A DNA stretch of 64,000 nucleotides from Selaginella moellendorffii. Lineage: Eukaryota > Plantae > Lycopodiophyta. Shown here piece after piece: positions 37,136 to 49,866 of this stretch (position 1 is the first letter of the stretch; each line of letters begins with the position of its first letter). A model generated the notes under the pieces. It was not told the origin of the DNA and searched no databases. It saw nothing but the letters and a program-made list of their open reading frames with translations. A program made the position numbers and the translations under genes. The DNA lies in contig NW_003314266.1 of the NCBI RefSeq assembly GCF_000143415.4, positions 1,882,463-1,946,462 of the forward strand, read 5' to 3'.

Positions 37136-38231
37136 TCATGAAGCAAGTGAAACAAGAATTTGTCGCTCCCTGGAGAAGCATTTCTCCCTTGAGTGTAGAA
37201 CAGCAGAGTTGTCCACTAAAAGGATGTCACCTTTCTCCCATGGAAACGCCACCTCTTCCTTAAGCATTATCTCCACGAGTTCATCGGCAGCTTGATCTTC
37301 GAGCAGCGTTCCATCTTCAAATTTGAGCGTTGTTGCTGGCAAATCTTTGTGCTTCTTGCGGACCTCCACGAAGAAACCAATGGCCGAGAAGAATGCCATC
37401 CTTCCAGCCGTGTCCTTTCTAAACAAGGGAGCCACTGGTTTTCTCTCGAGAAACACTCCTCCGTCCGGAAGCCAAGTCAGACCAATGTTCTTTTCCGCGG
37501 CCCTGTATCATCGAAAGAAAGCTTTGATGAGTGAGCCCCACGGATTAAACTTGAACAGAGGACGTTTCTTACTTGATCTCGGCAGATTGCTTGTCACCGG
37601 CTGAAAGTCGTGACTTCCAGGCGTTCTCGCTTAAGAAAGAGCAGTGAACAATGCGCCCTTTGTCGCGAAGTTGCTCTGCTAAGTGATCTCTCTCAAGAAT
37701 TCGCTTGTAAACGACGTGACCTGGAACAATCGGAGTGGCTCCTCCAGTTCCAGGCTCTGGAGCTTTCTCCGCAAAAAATATGACCTTTTCCGGTGGTTTC
37801 TCAAGCTGGAACACGAAGAAAAAGTAGATGTGAAAGAAAAAAAGAAAGAAAGATCTTACATAAGCTGCCTCGTTGTGGTAGCCAAGGTACCAATCCAGCG
37901 GGAAATCATTGGCAGTGAAAACCTTTCCAAAGACTTTCTTTCGATAAGCCCCTCCACCCATCTCCAAGTAAGGGTACTCCTCCCATCCCAGCGCATCGAT
38001 TATGGAGTCAAGCTCCTGCGCTGTCCATACCTCAAATCCTCGCAGCAAAACCGCGCCACTCTTGACTAGCCATTCCTCCAGCCGCGATCGCTGCTCCTCA
38101 ATTCGCAGCGCGCCAGCGAGCGCTCCAGCGTCCTTGGGAGATTCATCGGCGGGAGCGAGGACCAGCGGGAATGGCGATCCATCCTCGAGCTTCTTCTGGA
38201 AAGGGAGGGATACTTGCGAGAAGGAAGCCAT
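37136..38231 (-). CDS. TauD/CAS-like dioxygenase, copy 2 (3 exons)
   Basis: Paralogue of 25591-26681 with the same intron positions. Confidence 0.9.
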
Positions 38232-39098
38232 GATTGTGCCACGACTTTCGAGAAGTCTAGTTGTATTATAACATTATTGACTTTTGAGCCCTCGCAACCT
38301 CTGTTCTCAAGCAGGCGGAACTCGCGTGTTACGTTCGGCTCGCTCAGCAGCAGATGCTCCAAGTTCACACCCGGCCTCAGCTCGTTCGCAATTCGCAGTG
38401 CTACGTTCCTCTGCTCCTCAGGACATCGTGAGGCGAACAGCCAGCTTCAAGCCACTCATTGCCCATCCGGTCAAAGCTAAGCTTGTGCTTTCGGGATAAA
38501 GCCAGTACGGGCATACGGCCTTGCCAGAATCACGTCTCGTGGACGGCCATGATTGCCGCATTTTCTCTGCGGGGAAACCTGGAATATGTTTGACATGCCC
38601 AAAAAGGGCATGTGGAAGAGGCCAAGCTAATTGTTGATTCCTTGCCCGAGCAAGATCAAGTCTCATTGAACGCACTACTCTCTGCGTACACCGCAAAAAT
38701 GGAAACTCAATCCATAGATTCTCTCTTGCAGCATGAGCTTGCCAGCGAGTGGGACGTTGGGAAGAGGGTTGCGATCGCTACACTAGTATTGGAAAACCAA
38801 GATGAGGATCCAATTGCTGGTGAGACTTACTCCTTGACAAGCAAGAGGTCACCATGATTAAACTTAATGGACAGCGGCGCCGCTTATTCCACCAGCATGA
38901 ATGTCTCCATTCCACATTCCAAACGGGACAAAGAGTGCTGGCAGCCCAAGCGGCAAATGCCGGAAAAGCTACGCCATCTTTCGTATGCTGAGGCCGGGTG
39001 TGGACTTGGAGCAGCAGGAAGTAAGCGAGCTCCGCCGGGCTGAAAACAGGGGTGAGCTCAGTTTGAGGATTCACAAAGTCAATGTCAATCTCCTCTAA

Positions 39099-41354
39099 TC
39101 AGATAAAAGTTTCGATGTCTACCATCGAATTGGAAAGACATGAGCTCTTTGATGCCAAGATATAGCTTGGTGCATCCATGAGCTTAATGTTACAAAAGTT
39201 TCCTTGTTTCTTTTGATAATATACACATGAAGAGATAAAACACTTGAAATCAACACTGTCTGGTGTATATGGCATGGTCTCAAGAAGTTCTTCAGCAGCT
39301 CTGATGTGGCCTGTTCTCCCCAAGGTATAAATCACACAGCAAAAGTGTTGCTTAGTTGGAACCAGCCCATAATCAACACACATAGACAAGAAATAGCATC
39401 TTACTCTCTCTAAGGAAGCAACATGATTGCAAGCAACAAGAGCAGGCACAAAGCATGTACAATCTGCATTGTAATACAGTGGAAACATCTCAAATACATG
39501 GAATGTTTCCCTGAATCTAGCACTACAGGCATAAGCACTCAGAATTGCTGACCAAGAAACCATGTTTTGGGTTGGCATTGTGTCAAATACTTTCTTTGCT
39601 TTCGAGACTTGACCATTCTGAGCGTATGCTGATAGAAAGGCATTCCACACAACCTGGTTCCGCTGGGTATTCATATTCCAAAATATCCTCTCGGCTTCCT
39701 CCACATGCCCATTGTGGGCATATGCGACAAGCATGGCTGTCCAGGATACCAGGTCCTTTTCGGGCATCATATCAAAAACACTCCTTGCTCCATCAACATC
39801 GCATTCCAAAGCATACACAGAAATAATAGAGTTAAAAGAAATCTGATTCCCTTGGAGCATACATCGATTTATCTGCTTAGCTTTCTCAAACAAACCATTT
39901 TGAGCATATGCATAGATCATAATGTTACAAGAGATAACATCCCGTTCCTTTATAAGTTTAACGAAAACTTTCTCCGCACTTTCAATGTCTCCAAACTTGG
40001 CATAGGCAGTCAAGAGGCTGTTCCAAGAAATTTGGTCTTGACAAGGCATGTTGTCAAATATGCTCTTTGTTTCCTCAGGATGCCCACTTATGGCGTTTGC
40101 TGCAAGCCGTGTGTTCCATGACACACTATCCCACTGCTGCATATTACTAAAAAATGTCTCTAATTCACTCAATTTCCCGCTTTGAGAAACTGCCTCTAAA
40201 ACTATGTTCCATGACATTTGATCTCTACATGGCATGTTTGCAAAGAGACTCTTGACAAGCTCTAAACACCCGTTTAAAACACACGCTGACAACACGGAGT
40301 TCCAAGAGATTGTGTCGTGCTCTGGCATGGAATTGAAGAGAGCTCGACATTCTTCCAAGTGATCTAGCTTCTGGGCCTCGGCAGCCAGCATTGTGTTCCA
40401 AGAAACTTGGTTTCGTTGAGGCATGCTTCTAAAAAGCCTCCACGCTTGTGTGGAAAGACCTCCACGGAGCAACGCCGCCAGCATAGAATTCCACGTCATT
40501 AGCTCCCACTCTGGCATGCTTTCAAAGACTCTCTTGGCCTCCTCCAAGTGCCCAGAGCAGGCATATGCTGCTAGCATAGAATTCCACGTCACTTGGCTCC
40601 TCTGCGGAATGTGATAGAAGAGATGCTCCGACGCTTCCACGTTTCCTACGTGGGCATACGACGTCAGCAGCACATTCCACGTCACCAAATCCCTCTCGAG
40701 CATCCCGTTAAACACTCGTAAAGATTCGCACATATGCCCTGTTTGGGCATATGCCGTCAGCATTGCCGTGCAACAGACCGAATCCCACCTTGGCATATTC
40801 TCAAAAATATATTCTGCTACTTTATAATCACTTGCACGGAGGCACGTAGTCAACATGGCGCACCACGCCACCTGGTTCTTGAAGAGCATATTCTCAAAGA
40901 GGTCCTTTGCCTTGTCAATATGCCCGCATTGGGCATATGCCGTTAGCATGGAAGTTTGCGAGACCAGATCCCACTCCGGCATCCTGTCAAACATCTCTCT
41001 GGCCTTGACGTGATTCCCGTCCTTGGCATATGCCGAAAGCATCGCATTCCAGGAGAGAATCCCTCGATGCTCTTCCGGCATGGAATCAAACAGGCACTTG
41101 GCATCCGCTAGATTCCCATTGCGGGAATATACCGAGATCATAGTCACCCAGGTGAATGTGTTCTTTGGATTCACGGACTCGAAAGCCCGTACAGCGTCGC
41201 TCACGCTCCCAGACCTTCCGTACATCTCCACGAGCTTGTTGAGTAAGAAGGTGTCGTCCGGACGAAGAGATTCCCGGATGCTTGCATCGATTCTCCTTGC
41301 GATCGACAGGCTTTTGCATGACTGGAGAAGCTCCAAAGAGAGGCTGCGATCCAT
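39099..41354 (-). CDS. SS-type PLS PPR protein, copy 2
   Basis: Near-identical to 27580-29835 (offset 11519). Confidence 0.92.
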   Translation of the reverse strand: MDRSLSLELLQSCKSLSIARRIDASIRESLRPDDTFLLNKLVEMYGRSGSVSDAVRAFESVNPKNTFTWVTMISVYSRNGNLADAKCLFDSMPEEHRGILSWNAMLSAYAKDGNHVKAREMFDRMPEWDLVSQTSMLTAYAQCGHIDKAKDLFENMLFKNQVAWCAMLTTCLRASDYKVAEYIFENMPRWDSVCCTAMLTAYAQTGHMCESLRVFNGMLERDLVTWNVLLTSYAHVGNVEASEHLFYHIPQRSQVTWNSMLAAYACSGHLEEAKRVFESMPEWELMTWNSMLAALLRGGLSTQAWRLFRSMPQRNQVSWNTMLAAEAQKLDHLEECRALFNSMPEHDTISWNSVLSACVLNGCLELVKSLFANMPCRDQMSWNIVLEAVSQSGKLSELETFFSNMQQWDSVSWNTRLAANAISGHPEETKSIFDNMPCQDQISWNSLLTAYAKFGDIESAEKVFVKLIKERDVISCNIMIYAYAQNGLFEKAKQINRCMLQGNQISFNSIISVYALECDVDGARSVFDMMPEKDLVSWTAMLVAYAHNGHVEEAERIFWNMNTQRNQVVWNAFLSAYAQNGQVSKAKKVFDTMPTQNMVSWSAILSAYACSARFRETFHVFEMFPLYYNADCTCFVPALVACNHVASLERVRCYFLSMCVDYGLVPTKQHFCCVIYTLGRTGHIRAAEELLETMPYTPDSVDFKCFISSCVYYQKKQGNFCNIKLMDAPSYILASKSSCLSNSMVDIETFI

Positions 41355-41480
41355 ATTAACATTTTCCAATTTTTAGGGTTCTTGGAGGGAAGGAGCGGCG
41401 ATGGCGGCATTCTTTGCCGCGCCATCGCCGCATTGCGATCTAGCTGCTTAGAATCTTGGATCCGAATTCTGGCATCGGGC

Positions 41481-44171
41481 ATGGATAGCACTTCTAAACA
41501 GGCTGCTGTTCTTCGCAATCCCGAGATTTCCAAGGAAGAAAAGAGCTCCTTCAAATCGGCTCTTCTTGCGGGGCTGAAATCGTGTGGGAGCTCCAAGAAT
41601 CTTGCCAAGGGGAAGAAGCTCCACACGGATGCGATCGAGAGGGGCCAGGAATCGGACGTGTACGTCGCGAATACGCTCATCAATATGTACGCGCAGTGTG
41701 GCGCCATGGCCAACGCGAGCAGGCTCTTTGAAGCGATGGCTTATCACACGGTGGTCTCGTGGAATGTGTTGCTACTGGGCTATGCTACCAACGGAGAGGA
41801 AGAACTCGCGCTGGAGCTCTTTGTAGGAATGAGGCTTGAGGGGCTGCTTCCCGACGCTTTCACCTTTGTTGCCGGATTGAAGGCCTGCGCCAAGCTGGGA
41901 AAGTCTCGAAGGAATGGGAATGCTGGTGCTCGATCGAAGCTGGGGTTGATCAAAGGGAGGGCTGTCCACTCGCAAGCTGCTAGCAGCGGTCTCGACACAA
42001 ACATTCTCGTGGCTTCCAACTTGGTGAGTATGTACGCACAGTGTGGAAGTTTGCTTGATGCTCGGCGGATTTTTGACAGGATGGAGACTAGTACTCGGCT
42101 GCTGGTTTGCTGGAATGTTTTGATGAATGGATACGCGGAGAATCAACCAGAGGTGGCGCTGGAGCTTTTCGGCCGCATGGACTGTGAACCGAACGGGGTG
42201 ACGTTTTGCGCTGCTCTGAAAGCTTGGACGAGTCTAGCTGCGAAGGAACAAGGGGATTTGCTGGTCGATGGAAGGATTGTTAAGGTGGTGGCTTTGGCAC
42301 AGGGGAAGGCTATCCACGAACGAGCAGAAAAGTCCGGGCTTGGATCGGACACTTACGTTGCGAGCGCGTTGGTGAGTTTCTACGCTAGGTGTGGAAGCGT
42401 GGAGGATGCGAAGGAAGTTTTTCGGGGGGCATCAAGTCACACAGGTGTTTGGAACGCTATGGTACGAGCCTACGTAGAAAATGGACTGGAAGAACAGGCT
42501 CTGGAACTCTTCGAACGCATGATACCGCCACCCGACGCTGTGACTTTCTTGGCAGCTCTGAAAGCTTGCGCGAACTTGGCAACCAGAGACGACGTCGATG
42601 ACAAGCTCGGTAAAGTTTTGTCACTCGAAAAGGCCAGGGCCATCGACTGCGAATGTGAAAAACAGGGATTCGATCGAGATGTTTACATCTCGAGCGCGCT
42701 GGTGAATGCTTTTGCGAGATGTGGCAGCATGGTTGATGCCAAGAGAGTTTTCGACAGGTTTCCGGGGACTCAAACTCTAGTGACTTGGAACGTCCTTCTT
42801 CTCGGCTACGCAGAGAACGATGACGAAGAACGGGCTCTAAACTTATTCGCTGGCTTGCTTCGAGACAACGAACACAGCACTACAGAAGAACTTACGTTTG
42901 TCGCGGTGCTGAAAGCTTGCATAAACCTGGCTCTGAAGGAGGAATGCCCAGAAGGAAGGAAGATCAAAGCATCGTCACTTTCGAAAGGAAAGTTTGTCCA
43001 CTCGCAAGCTACGCAGCGTGGATTCGAGAGTGGAACTTTAGTCGGGAACACGCTGATAGATTTTTACATGAAGTGCGGCACTCCGGTACGTGCATGGCTC
43101 GTCTTCCAGGCGATGGGATCCTCAACAGCAGTGACTTGGACGAGTATGATACTAGGATCCACCGAAAACGGGGACGCAGAGTTTGCGCTGGATTTGTTCT
43201 TCTCGATGGAGCAGTGCTGTGTTCCCGACGCGCAAGCCATCGTAGCAGCGCTCAAGGCTTGCACTGGCCTGGCAGCAAGAGAAGAAGGCCGAGTTTTGGA
43301 AGGCAAGCTCGTCAAGACTAAGTCTCTGGAGATCGGGAAGGCGATTCACATCGAGGCTGTGGAACTCGGCCACGAATCAAACAGCTACGTCGCGAGCACG
43401 CTGGTGGACATGTACGCAAAGTGTGGAAGCATGGAGAACTCCCGCGAGATCTTCTACCGGAGCCAGCAGCAGCAGCGATCGGTGGTGTCATGGACGGCCC
43501 TCATCTTTGGGTACGCGGAGAACGGCGAGGCCGCGCAAGCTCTGGAGGAGTTCTCGCGGATGAGAACGGTGGAAGCTCTTCGTCCAAACGCTCAAACTCT
43601 AGCGACCGCGCTCAGCGCATGCAGTAGCGCTGTGGCTCTGGAGCTGGGACGAGCCGTCCACGCCGAAGCCTGCCGATTTGGACACGATTGCGAGAGCATC
43701 CTCGCGAACTGCCTCATGGACATGTACTCCAAGTGTGGAGATCTCGCGGCGGCGCAGCGTGTGCTCGACTCGACCGAGTTTCCCGACTCGGTGGCATGGA
43801 ACACGGTCATCGCGGGGTTTAGCCGAGTGGGCGATTGGAAGATGGCGTTTGATCTCTTTGGGGAGATGCTGGGCCGCGGGATTCCACCCGTCGGCGCTAC
43901 GTTTGTGTGCCTCCTCACGGCTTGCAGCCACGCCGGGCTCGTCGCCAAGGGAATGGAGTTCTTCCAGGCAATGCAAACCAAGTATGGGGTGTCTCCACAG
44001 ATCGAGCACTGGACTTGCCTTGTGGATCTCCTGTGCCGCGCGTACGAGCTGGATCACGCCATTGCGCTCGCGCGGAGCTTGCCTTGCGGGAAAGCAGACG
44101 AGTTCGTGTGGACGACGATCGTTAACGCGTGCAAAATGGCGGGGAAGCATCACAAATATCAAAATTTTTAG
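41481..44171 (+). CDS. PLS PPR protein with long L motifs, copy 2
   Basis: Near-identical to 29962-32652. Confidence 0.92.
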   Translation: MDSTSKQAAVLRNPEISKEEKSSFKSALLAGLKSCGSSKNLAKGKKLHTDAIERGQESDVYVANTLINMYAQCGAMANASRLFEAMAYHTVVSWNVLLLGYATNGEEELALELFVGMRLEGLLPDAFTFVAGLKACAKLGKSRRNGNAGARSKLGLIKGRAVHSQAASSGLDTNILVASNLVSMYAQCGSLLDARRIFDRMETSTRLLVCWNVLMNGYAENQPEVALELFGRMDCEPNGVTFCAALKAWTSLAAKEQGDLLVDGRIVKVVALAQGKAIHERAEKSGLGSDTYVASALVSFYARCGSVEDAKEVFRGASSHTGVWNAMVRAYVENGLEEQALELFERMIPPPDAVTFLAALKACANLATRDDVDDKLGKVLSLEKARAIDCECEKQGFDRDVYISSALVNAFARCGSMVDAKRVFDRFPGTQTLVTWNVLLLGYAENDDEERALNLFAGLLRDNEHSTTEELTFVAVLKACINLALKEECPEGRKIKASSLSKGKFVHSQATQRGFESGTLVGNTLIDFYMKCGTPVRAWLVFQAMGSSTAVTWTSMILGSTENGDAEFALDLFFSMEQCCVPDAQAIVAALKACTGLAAREEGRVLEGKLVKTKSLEIGKAIHIEAVELGHESNSYVASTLVDMYAKCGSMENSREIFYRSQQQQRSVVSWTALIFGYAENGEAAQALEEFSRMRTVEALRPNAQTLATALSACSSAVALELGRAVHAEACRFGHDCESILANCLMDMYSKCGDLAAAQRVLDSTEFPDSVAWNTVIAGFSRVGDWKMAFDLFGEMLGRGIPPVGATFVCLLTACSHAGLVAKGMEFFQAMQTKYGVSPQIEHWTCLVDLLCRAYELDHAIALARSLPCGKADEFVWTTIVNACKMAGKHHKYQNF

Positions 44172-44290
44172 CTCTTCGTCAACTTTGTCCAAGAACCCTA
44201 ATCTTCTAGCCTGTCTATCTTTCCAAGGTTCCTTAAGTGGACTGTAAACAATATAAGGCTAAACTTCGTCCAAAACCCTAATCAAGGTAG

Positions 44291-44920
44291 ATGGATCGAC
44301 GGAAGGGTCCGCTGGCGGAAACGATAAGGGCTTGTGTCACCTTGGGCGTTGTGCTATTGTTTGTAGTAGGTGTCTTCGTGATCTCGTGGCTTGCATGGCG
44401 CGTCCATCTCCACGAGCCATGGTGCGAGTTCCAGGACGTGAAGGTCTCGTACATCAAGCTCCCTTCGAACACCACGTCGGGTCTCTTATCCAAGCTCGAC
44501 TTCCAGTTCCAGTGCCTGAACTCCAAGCACCGCAACTTCGAGAACGTGATAAAGGTCAAGTTCACAGAATTCGACGTGGGCGTTAGTTACCGCGGGGTGG
44601 ATCTTACAGGCCAGCAGTTTGACTTTCATAGCTTTGTGCTTCCAAAGAACGGTGTTGTGCCTGTGAAGCGGAGCGTCATGGTGAATGAGACGAGTCTTCC
44701 AATGGAACACTTGGAGCAGCTGAGGGCAGACATTGGATCTGGGAGTGTGCCACTCTCTGCGGCAATCCATGCCCGTGCTTCCTGGGGGATTAGTCAGGGT
44801 ACCATGGATGCCAGGGTTTTGTGTGGATTGACTATGATTCTTCCACAGTTTGGTGACACTACCGCAACAAATATCGGTTTTGATGGCCAGGATAAGTGCC
44901 CTGTCCTTTTGTCTTACTAG
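44291..44920 (+). CDS. LEA_2 / NHL-like protein, copy 2
   Basis: Translation identical to 32772-33401. Confidence 0.7.
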   Translation: MDRRKGPLAETIRACVTLGVVLLFVVGVFVISWLAWRVHLHEPWCEFQDVKVSYIKLPSNTTSGLLSKLDFQFQCLNSKHRNFENVIKVKFTEFDVGVSYRGVDLTGQQFDFHSFVLPKNGVVPVKRSVMVNETSLPMEHLEQLRADIGSGSVPLSAAIHARASWGISQGTMDARVLCGLTMILPQFGDTTATNIGFDGQDKCPVLLSY

Positions 44921-45039
44921 TTATTAGTTTTATGTGATTTATCCGCTAGTATAGCTAGAAACGAGTTAATTTCCTTTTACTAACTACAAGAACGCTTTGT
45001 CTAACTATAAGCTTTTTTTGTAAATCACACGAAGAAATA

Positions 45040-45360
45040 TTTATACATGGAGGATTGCCTGGACGAGCGTTTCTGCCTCGAGTGTAACACAGCAGAGTTG
45101 TCTCTCCCATGAAAACGCCACCTCTTCCGTGAGCATTATCTCCACGAGTTCATCCGCAGCTTGATCTTCGAGCAGCATTCCATCTTCATTGATCCTGAGC
45201 GCTTGCAGCCATGCTGGACTGATCGACAAAGGGAAGCATTTCTTCAGTGTTTCTCTATGCAGGAGGAAAAGGTGGCGTTTCCATGGGAGAAAGGTGACAT
45301 TCTTCTGGTGGATACACTTGAGGTTTAGCACTACTTGTTCATGGGTGATCTCTACGGTCG
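45040..45360. pseudogene. Chimeric TauD/PPR fragment mosaic, copy 2 (extra deletions)
   Basis: Duplicate of 33521-33930. Confidence 0.78.
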
Positions 45361-46197
45361 TGGTACTCATAGTACTAGATATTCCCTAGCATATACTGTG
45401 CAGTTAGCAAAATACTGTTTTGATTTTTTGACTAAATTGGAATAGTATTAAAATAACAAATATTATATTCCACTTTGAAAGAAGAATTAAGAGCTAGATG
45501 AATAATTCTTGTAAACTTGATAATATAAGTATTTAGAAAAAATATATTTCTAGCCATAAATAAGAATAAATAATCATTAATAAAAATATTATATACAAAT
45601 TATTATTTAGAAATATAAATATATTTTAAAAATACCTAACCCAGAATAAATTAATTTTTTTTCTATTATTAATAATATGTTATATGTAAATTCAATTACT
45701 TAGAATATAAAAAAGACTATTTAGATAAATTTATTTAATTTTTTTCTATTAACACTTGAAGTTTTGCTAGACATTGATAAAACTAAGTCAATCCACATTT
45801 GATATAAAATCACATGGTTTTGGATTTTATATGTTTTAGTGATATTTTGCTACCTAGATTTAGTCCAAAAGATAATAATTTTTTAAATACATATGTTATA
45901 AAAACTATAAATTCAAATCTTATACTCCATAGACAGACCATTTCTACAGAATATAATTTTCTTATTATATTTGTAAATATTTTTAAACTAAATTATAAAA
46001 TTTAATTTTGAGCTAAAATATTCAAAGATTATAATAAATAAGTATATATAAAGCATTAAAAATAATAAAAAAATTATTCACATGAAAAAAATAACAGTCG
46101 ATAACCCATTAAACAGAATTCTATTCTAGTGATGCCACCAAAAACATACATAATCTATCACCTCATTTGTCATTAGTTAAATTAGTAATAGCATTAT

Positions 46198-49100
46198 TCT
46201 ACTACTATAAGGAGCAAACGCCGAACTTTGTGGGCCGCCGGATCCAGCCAATCACAGCCGTCCGATGGGGGGTAACTGTAAAGGGGTTATTTCTTTAACC
46301 ACGTGTTTGAGAATAATCGCGCTGATGTTTGCTCCCGGCCAATGGGAGGCAGCCAAGCCGCGTGGGGCGGGACGGCGACGCGTGAGTGTTGACTAGAGAT
46401 TGCTGCTCCAGGGCGTCACTCCGGGCAGGATCAAGTAAGTTGCGGCCCTTGGAGCGTGCTGTGGACCGTGATTTCTTCCGGTGTAAGCAAATCCACTCCC
46501 AAATTGTTGCTGCTGGCTGGGATTCGAGCTTGATTGTGTCTACTGCGCTGATTGACATGTATGCCGCGTGTGGCAGCTTGCGAGGCGCGATTCGTGTGTT
46601 CCAAGGGATGAAGACAGTAGTAGCAGGATTTTTGCTCCTGGACGAATTCTTTGTGGCCTGTGACAGGCATTACGAATGACAGCAGGGATCTGGCCAATCA
46701 TAGCCGTCCGATGGGGGGTAACTGTAAAGGGGTTATTTCTTTAACCACGTGTTATTGCGGCCCTTGGAGCGTGCTGTGGACCGCGATTTCTTCCGGTGGG
46801 TAAGCAAATCCACTCCCAAATGGTTGCTGCGGGCTGGGATTCGAGCTTGATCGTGTCTACTGTGCTGATTGACATGTATGCCGCATGTGGCAGCTTGCGA
46901 GGCGCCAGTTGTTAACTAGGATTCTTTGTGGCCTGTGACAGGCATTGCAAATGACAGCAGGGATCCTTGTGTCGACACCTTTCGCACAGCAACACTGCCA
47001 ATGCTTAAGCACTTTGGTGTTCCAATCGAATTCCTAGAACTCAAAGTTGTTGCCTGCGGAACTCCTCCCTTGGGTGGCAGTGAAGTCGTCCTCAAAGTTC
47101 CCATTGTTCCCAAGAGCCTCACGGTCAGTTTCTCCAAACTCCTCTTTTTTTCTTTCTCTCCTCGCTAAAAATCCTTCGCCAAGCTGCTACATGGGTGGAT
47201 GAGGGCATGGTGAAACGTATCTGAGGAGTGAGTTACTCCACACGCATCTCACCTCATATGGCCAATCAAATGTGGCTTGCTCCCCGACGTGTACATCTTT
47301 ACTGATCACTACACTGGTTTGGAGTCCGGGAAGTAAGTTCCATGATTTTGTGCTGCAAAGTAAACTTTTTTCATTTTGCTTCTTTTGTCATGGCACAGAT
47401 CTCCGGGCTATGGGATCTCACTGGTGACAAAAACGACCACCGGCTGCATTTTAAGCTCCGAGTGCGCGGCTACGCATTCAGGAGCATCCGAGCTCCAGCT
47501 TCCAGAGGACCTGGGGACACAAGCAGCCATGTCCTTGCTACAGGAGATAAAGCTGGGAGGAGTTGTAAATTCAACTCACCAGGTATCTATCTGTGAAGCT
47601 GGAAAGGAAAGAAGGCGATCTCACAAACTTTCCTATTTGCCATACAGGGGTTGCTGTTCATCCTCTGTGCTCTGTGCCTGGAAGATGTTTCCAAAGTCAA
47701 GGTCGGGAAGCTCTCTTCTTATGATATCAAGACGCTGCAACACATCAAAGAATTCCTGGGAGTGCAGTTTAGTATCAAGCCTGACCCGGCGACAGGCATG
47801 GCTCTACTTACGTGCATTGGAAGTGGCTTCCAAAATCTCTACAGGAAAGTTTCATGAGTCACTAGGGCCATAGCTCTAACAAAAGGAAACTGAATCAGTT
47901 ACATGGAACTTTTTCTTACCACGCTAGAAGCCATTGGTCTTTTCCAGTAGCAGCGCGTCCACTCTCCTTGATGTGCACAGCGATTCCAGCTGCGGCCTCA
48001 AACTCCAGCTAGCCATCCACGACGATCATCTGCCTCTCATCATCATCATCTGCTGATGCTCCCACTGAAGATAAGAAGCTGGAATACACTTTGGACGCGT
48101 TCACTATGTCCGTCACTACCAGCCAGGGGCTCTCGAAGTCCAGATGGCGATGAGCTCCCGGAGGAACTTGAGCATGCAGCTGAAGATCGAGAACATTTTC
48201 CCATTAGATGTCTCCCGCATCAAACGTTGATGTCTTTTAGTGACTCAAGAACAGTGTAAGGCATGGGCATTTTAGACACAATCGGCTGAAAAAGCGTCTT
48301 AACCTGCAAAGAAGTCCAATGAAACCAGTTCCAGTTAATAAGGAGATATTTTGTATCTCCCGAACTATTTTTTGCTGTATATCCTGATGAAAATGGCAGT
48401 AAGAGGTGTGAGAAAAATTCCAAGTTGAACTAACTCACAGTGAAACCCTGCCTCCCCCCCACCGCAATATAGACTGTAGTTCAAAGTTCGTTACTTGAGA
48501 ACAAAGAGTGAAAACTAAGTCATGATGAGAACTCCCCAAATCTTATGAACCGCACAAATCTAACTTAATTTTTCACAGGCACTTTGCACAGGCATCTGCC
48601 TATCCTCACTCAAAAGTAGTCACTTTACTTTTAGACCACATTAGATCAAAAGTGCAAAAGATCAAAATGTTGAAACCATATTAGAAGTTAAAAAGTAAGG
48701 TTTATTACTAAATGATTAGGGTTTCTCTCAAACAGACATCATTTTTTGGCTAAATCACAACTGTGGGGGGCTTTAACAATAAAAGTACATATTTATATTT
48801 TTATATGTAGCCTTAGTTATTTATAATTATCAGAAAAACTACGATAATGTATGTAGTATTTGATTAAAAAATAATATTTTAAAATATTTTTACTAATTTA
48901 TTAGTATATAATACTATGGAATATAATATTTGAAATTATTATATATATTTATAAATAATTATTAGGTTGATTGGATCTGGGTAGTAATATATTAATGTTC
49001 CTAAAAACTTATTGTTTTATATTTTGAGTAAAACTTATAATTAATTAATGTCTTGCAGTAATTATTCTCTTTTATTTGTTTTTTATTTTTTATTTGTCAA

Positions 49101-49393
49101 TTTGTTTTCTAAATATATTCATATTTCCAAATAATAATTTGTATATAATATTTTTATGAATGAATATTTTATCTTATTTATGCCTAGGAATATATTTTGT
49201 CTAAATAGTTATATTATCAAGTGTACAAGAGTTTATTTTTTTTATTCATCTAGCATTTTCTAGGCATAATTCTCTCAATCAAAGTGGAATATAATATTTG
49301 TTGTTTAAATACTATTCTAATTTATTTTTTAATATATTAAAAAATAAAAAAAATATTTTGCTAATTACACAGCATATGCTGGGCAAGTGCTAG
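46198..49393 (+). mobile_element. Probable non-autonomous Helitron carrying captured gene fragments
   Basis: 5' TCTACTACTATAA; 3' palindrome CAGCATATGCTG then CTAG|T; contains PPR and RCL1 fragments; the base before TC is T rather than the usual A. Confidence 0.55.
46920..47857 (+). pseudogene. RCL1: 5'-truncated RNA 3'-terminal phosphate cyclase-like (RCL1) fragment with introns
   Basis: NDSRDPCVDTFR, PPLGGSEV, SPGYGISLV, PEDLG, GGVVNSTHQ, CIGSGFQNL; in-frame TGA near 47222 and a deletion. Confidence 0.8.
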
Positions 49394-49866
49394 TATATTA
49401 TAACCCAAAATCTTTTGATACCACACTTCCATCATAATGGCAACACATTTAACAAGAGATAGAATCTATTGTCAGAGTTTGGCTAACACCCAATGTCCAG
49501 ATGACTTATATAATATTTAAATTTCAAATTAGCTAAAGTTTTTAATCTTTCCTGATGAGTCTTCTCTGACTGATCAGAGTGAATGTCCAACTTTTTGCAG
49601 CAATCCTTACAGCTCCTTCCACTAAGAAAGAATAACCTTTCTGGAAGAATAACTTTTGGACAACGAGAAAATGAATCAATTTATTCTGCACATGTTTAAA
49701 ATCAATGTTAAAGATGTTAGTGCGTTCCTTTCTCATCAGATCTGTGGCCTCCAATTAGTGCTTCCCTTTCCATGGCCAGGATCATGCACTCCCTCTGATA
49801 ATGAATTTTTTGAATCAATAGTGGTATAGTGGTTGTGATCTCGTGCGTTTTAAGAAACGCTCGATC

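Noticed and set aside
49542-49754. 70-aa minus-strand ORF
   Set aside because: No recognisable motif; cannot be supported as a gene.
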